A DNA stretch of 64,000 nt, from assembly GCA_963782105.1 (NCBI GenBank), contig CAWAII010000013.1, forward strand, positions 139,042 to 203,041, written 5' to 3'. The position numbers and the translations under genes are program-made. Source of the stretch: an uncultured Acidobacteriaceae bacterium. Its GTDB lineage: Bacteria > Acidobacteriota > Terriglobia > Terriglobales > Acidobacteriaceae. The notes below the pieces were generated by a model. That model searched no databases. It saw only the letters and a program-made list of their open reading frames with translations, and had not been told where the DNA came from. Shown one piece after another: positions 63,861-64,000 of this stretch (positions are counted from its first letter, which is position 1; every line of letters starts with the position of its first letter).

Positions 63861-63945
63861 GCGCGCTTTTAGCGCAAGGGTGGGATATCCACGTAATCTC
63901 GATACCGACGGTCGCGTATCCCACCCTTTGCAAAGAGCGCAAAGC
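63861..63945. repeat. REP-like imperfect palindrome
   Basis: GCAAGGGTGGGATA (63874-63887) pairs with TATCCCACCCTTTGC (63917-63931). Flanking GCGCTTT / AAAGCGC-type extensions are present. The ORFs called here (63669..63998, 63703..63969) read through it. Confidence 0.45.
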
Positions 63946-64000
63946 GATGCCAGCAGCACCTGCGCGCAATTTCGTGGTGCTTCCTGCCGTGTCAACACAC

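Noticed and set aside
63669-63998. Two overlapping minus-strand ORFs (109 and 88 aa) at the window end
   Set aside because: They read through a REP-like palindrome and give repeat-type pseudo-peptides (KGWDTRP, GYPTLALKARKD). There is no start context or domain support.

Overview
This 64-kb, high-GC window (about 60% by eye) is the replication-origin neighbourhood of a bacterial chromosome. By inference only, from gene order and REP-like repeats, it is probably Acidobacteriota (Terriglobia-like).

Content is almost entirely housekeeping:
- mnmE-jag-yidC-yidD-rnpA-rpmH on the minus strand, facing dnaA, a hydrolase and dnaN on the plus strand
- nadD-rsfS, folK, and tgt-yajC-secD-secF
- a tonB-exbB-exbD-exbD-TPR cluster
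- envelope genes: a SurA-like PPIase, a DsbA-like protein and lptD
- sthA, thiE, yceD-rpmF-plsX-fabD, ddl
- a Cys-type formate dehydrogenase with a DUF1641 partner
- asnS and an arginase
- the conserved string ispE, tRNA-Gln, prs, rplY, pth, rpsF, rpsR, rplI

The only clearly accessory module is a hipBA toxin-antitoxin pair behind a low-GC promoter region. I found no CRISPR array, integrase, transposase or prophage genes.

Two things stand out.
1. A family of about 100-110-nt intergenic elements has four copies, all on the plus strand. They share a conserved core, and their terminal stem and internal hairpin keep base pairing while changing sequence. This suggests an ERIC/MITE-like element or a structured RNA. 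It is my best candidate for something undescribed.
2. About 35 genes, many of them essential (dnaA, secD, secF, ddl, fabD, prs, asnS, ribosomal proteins), are broken by single-base frameshifts or in-frame TAG codons, and the breaks are very unevenly distributed. The few I could pin down sit in short homopolymer runs. I read these as sequence-quality artefacts, not real decay. Broken genes are typed pseudogene only because the reading frame is interrupted as given.

Coordinates of frameshifted genes are reconstructed by eye from adjacent frames and are approximate at internal junctions.
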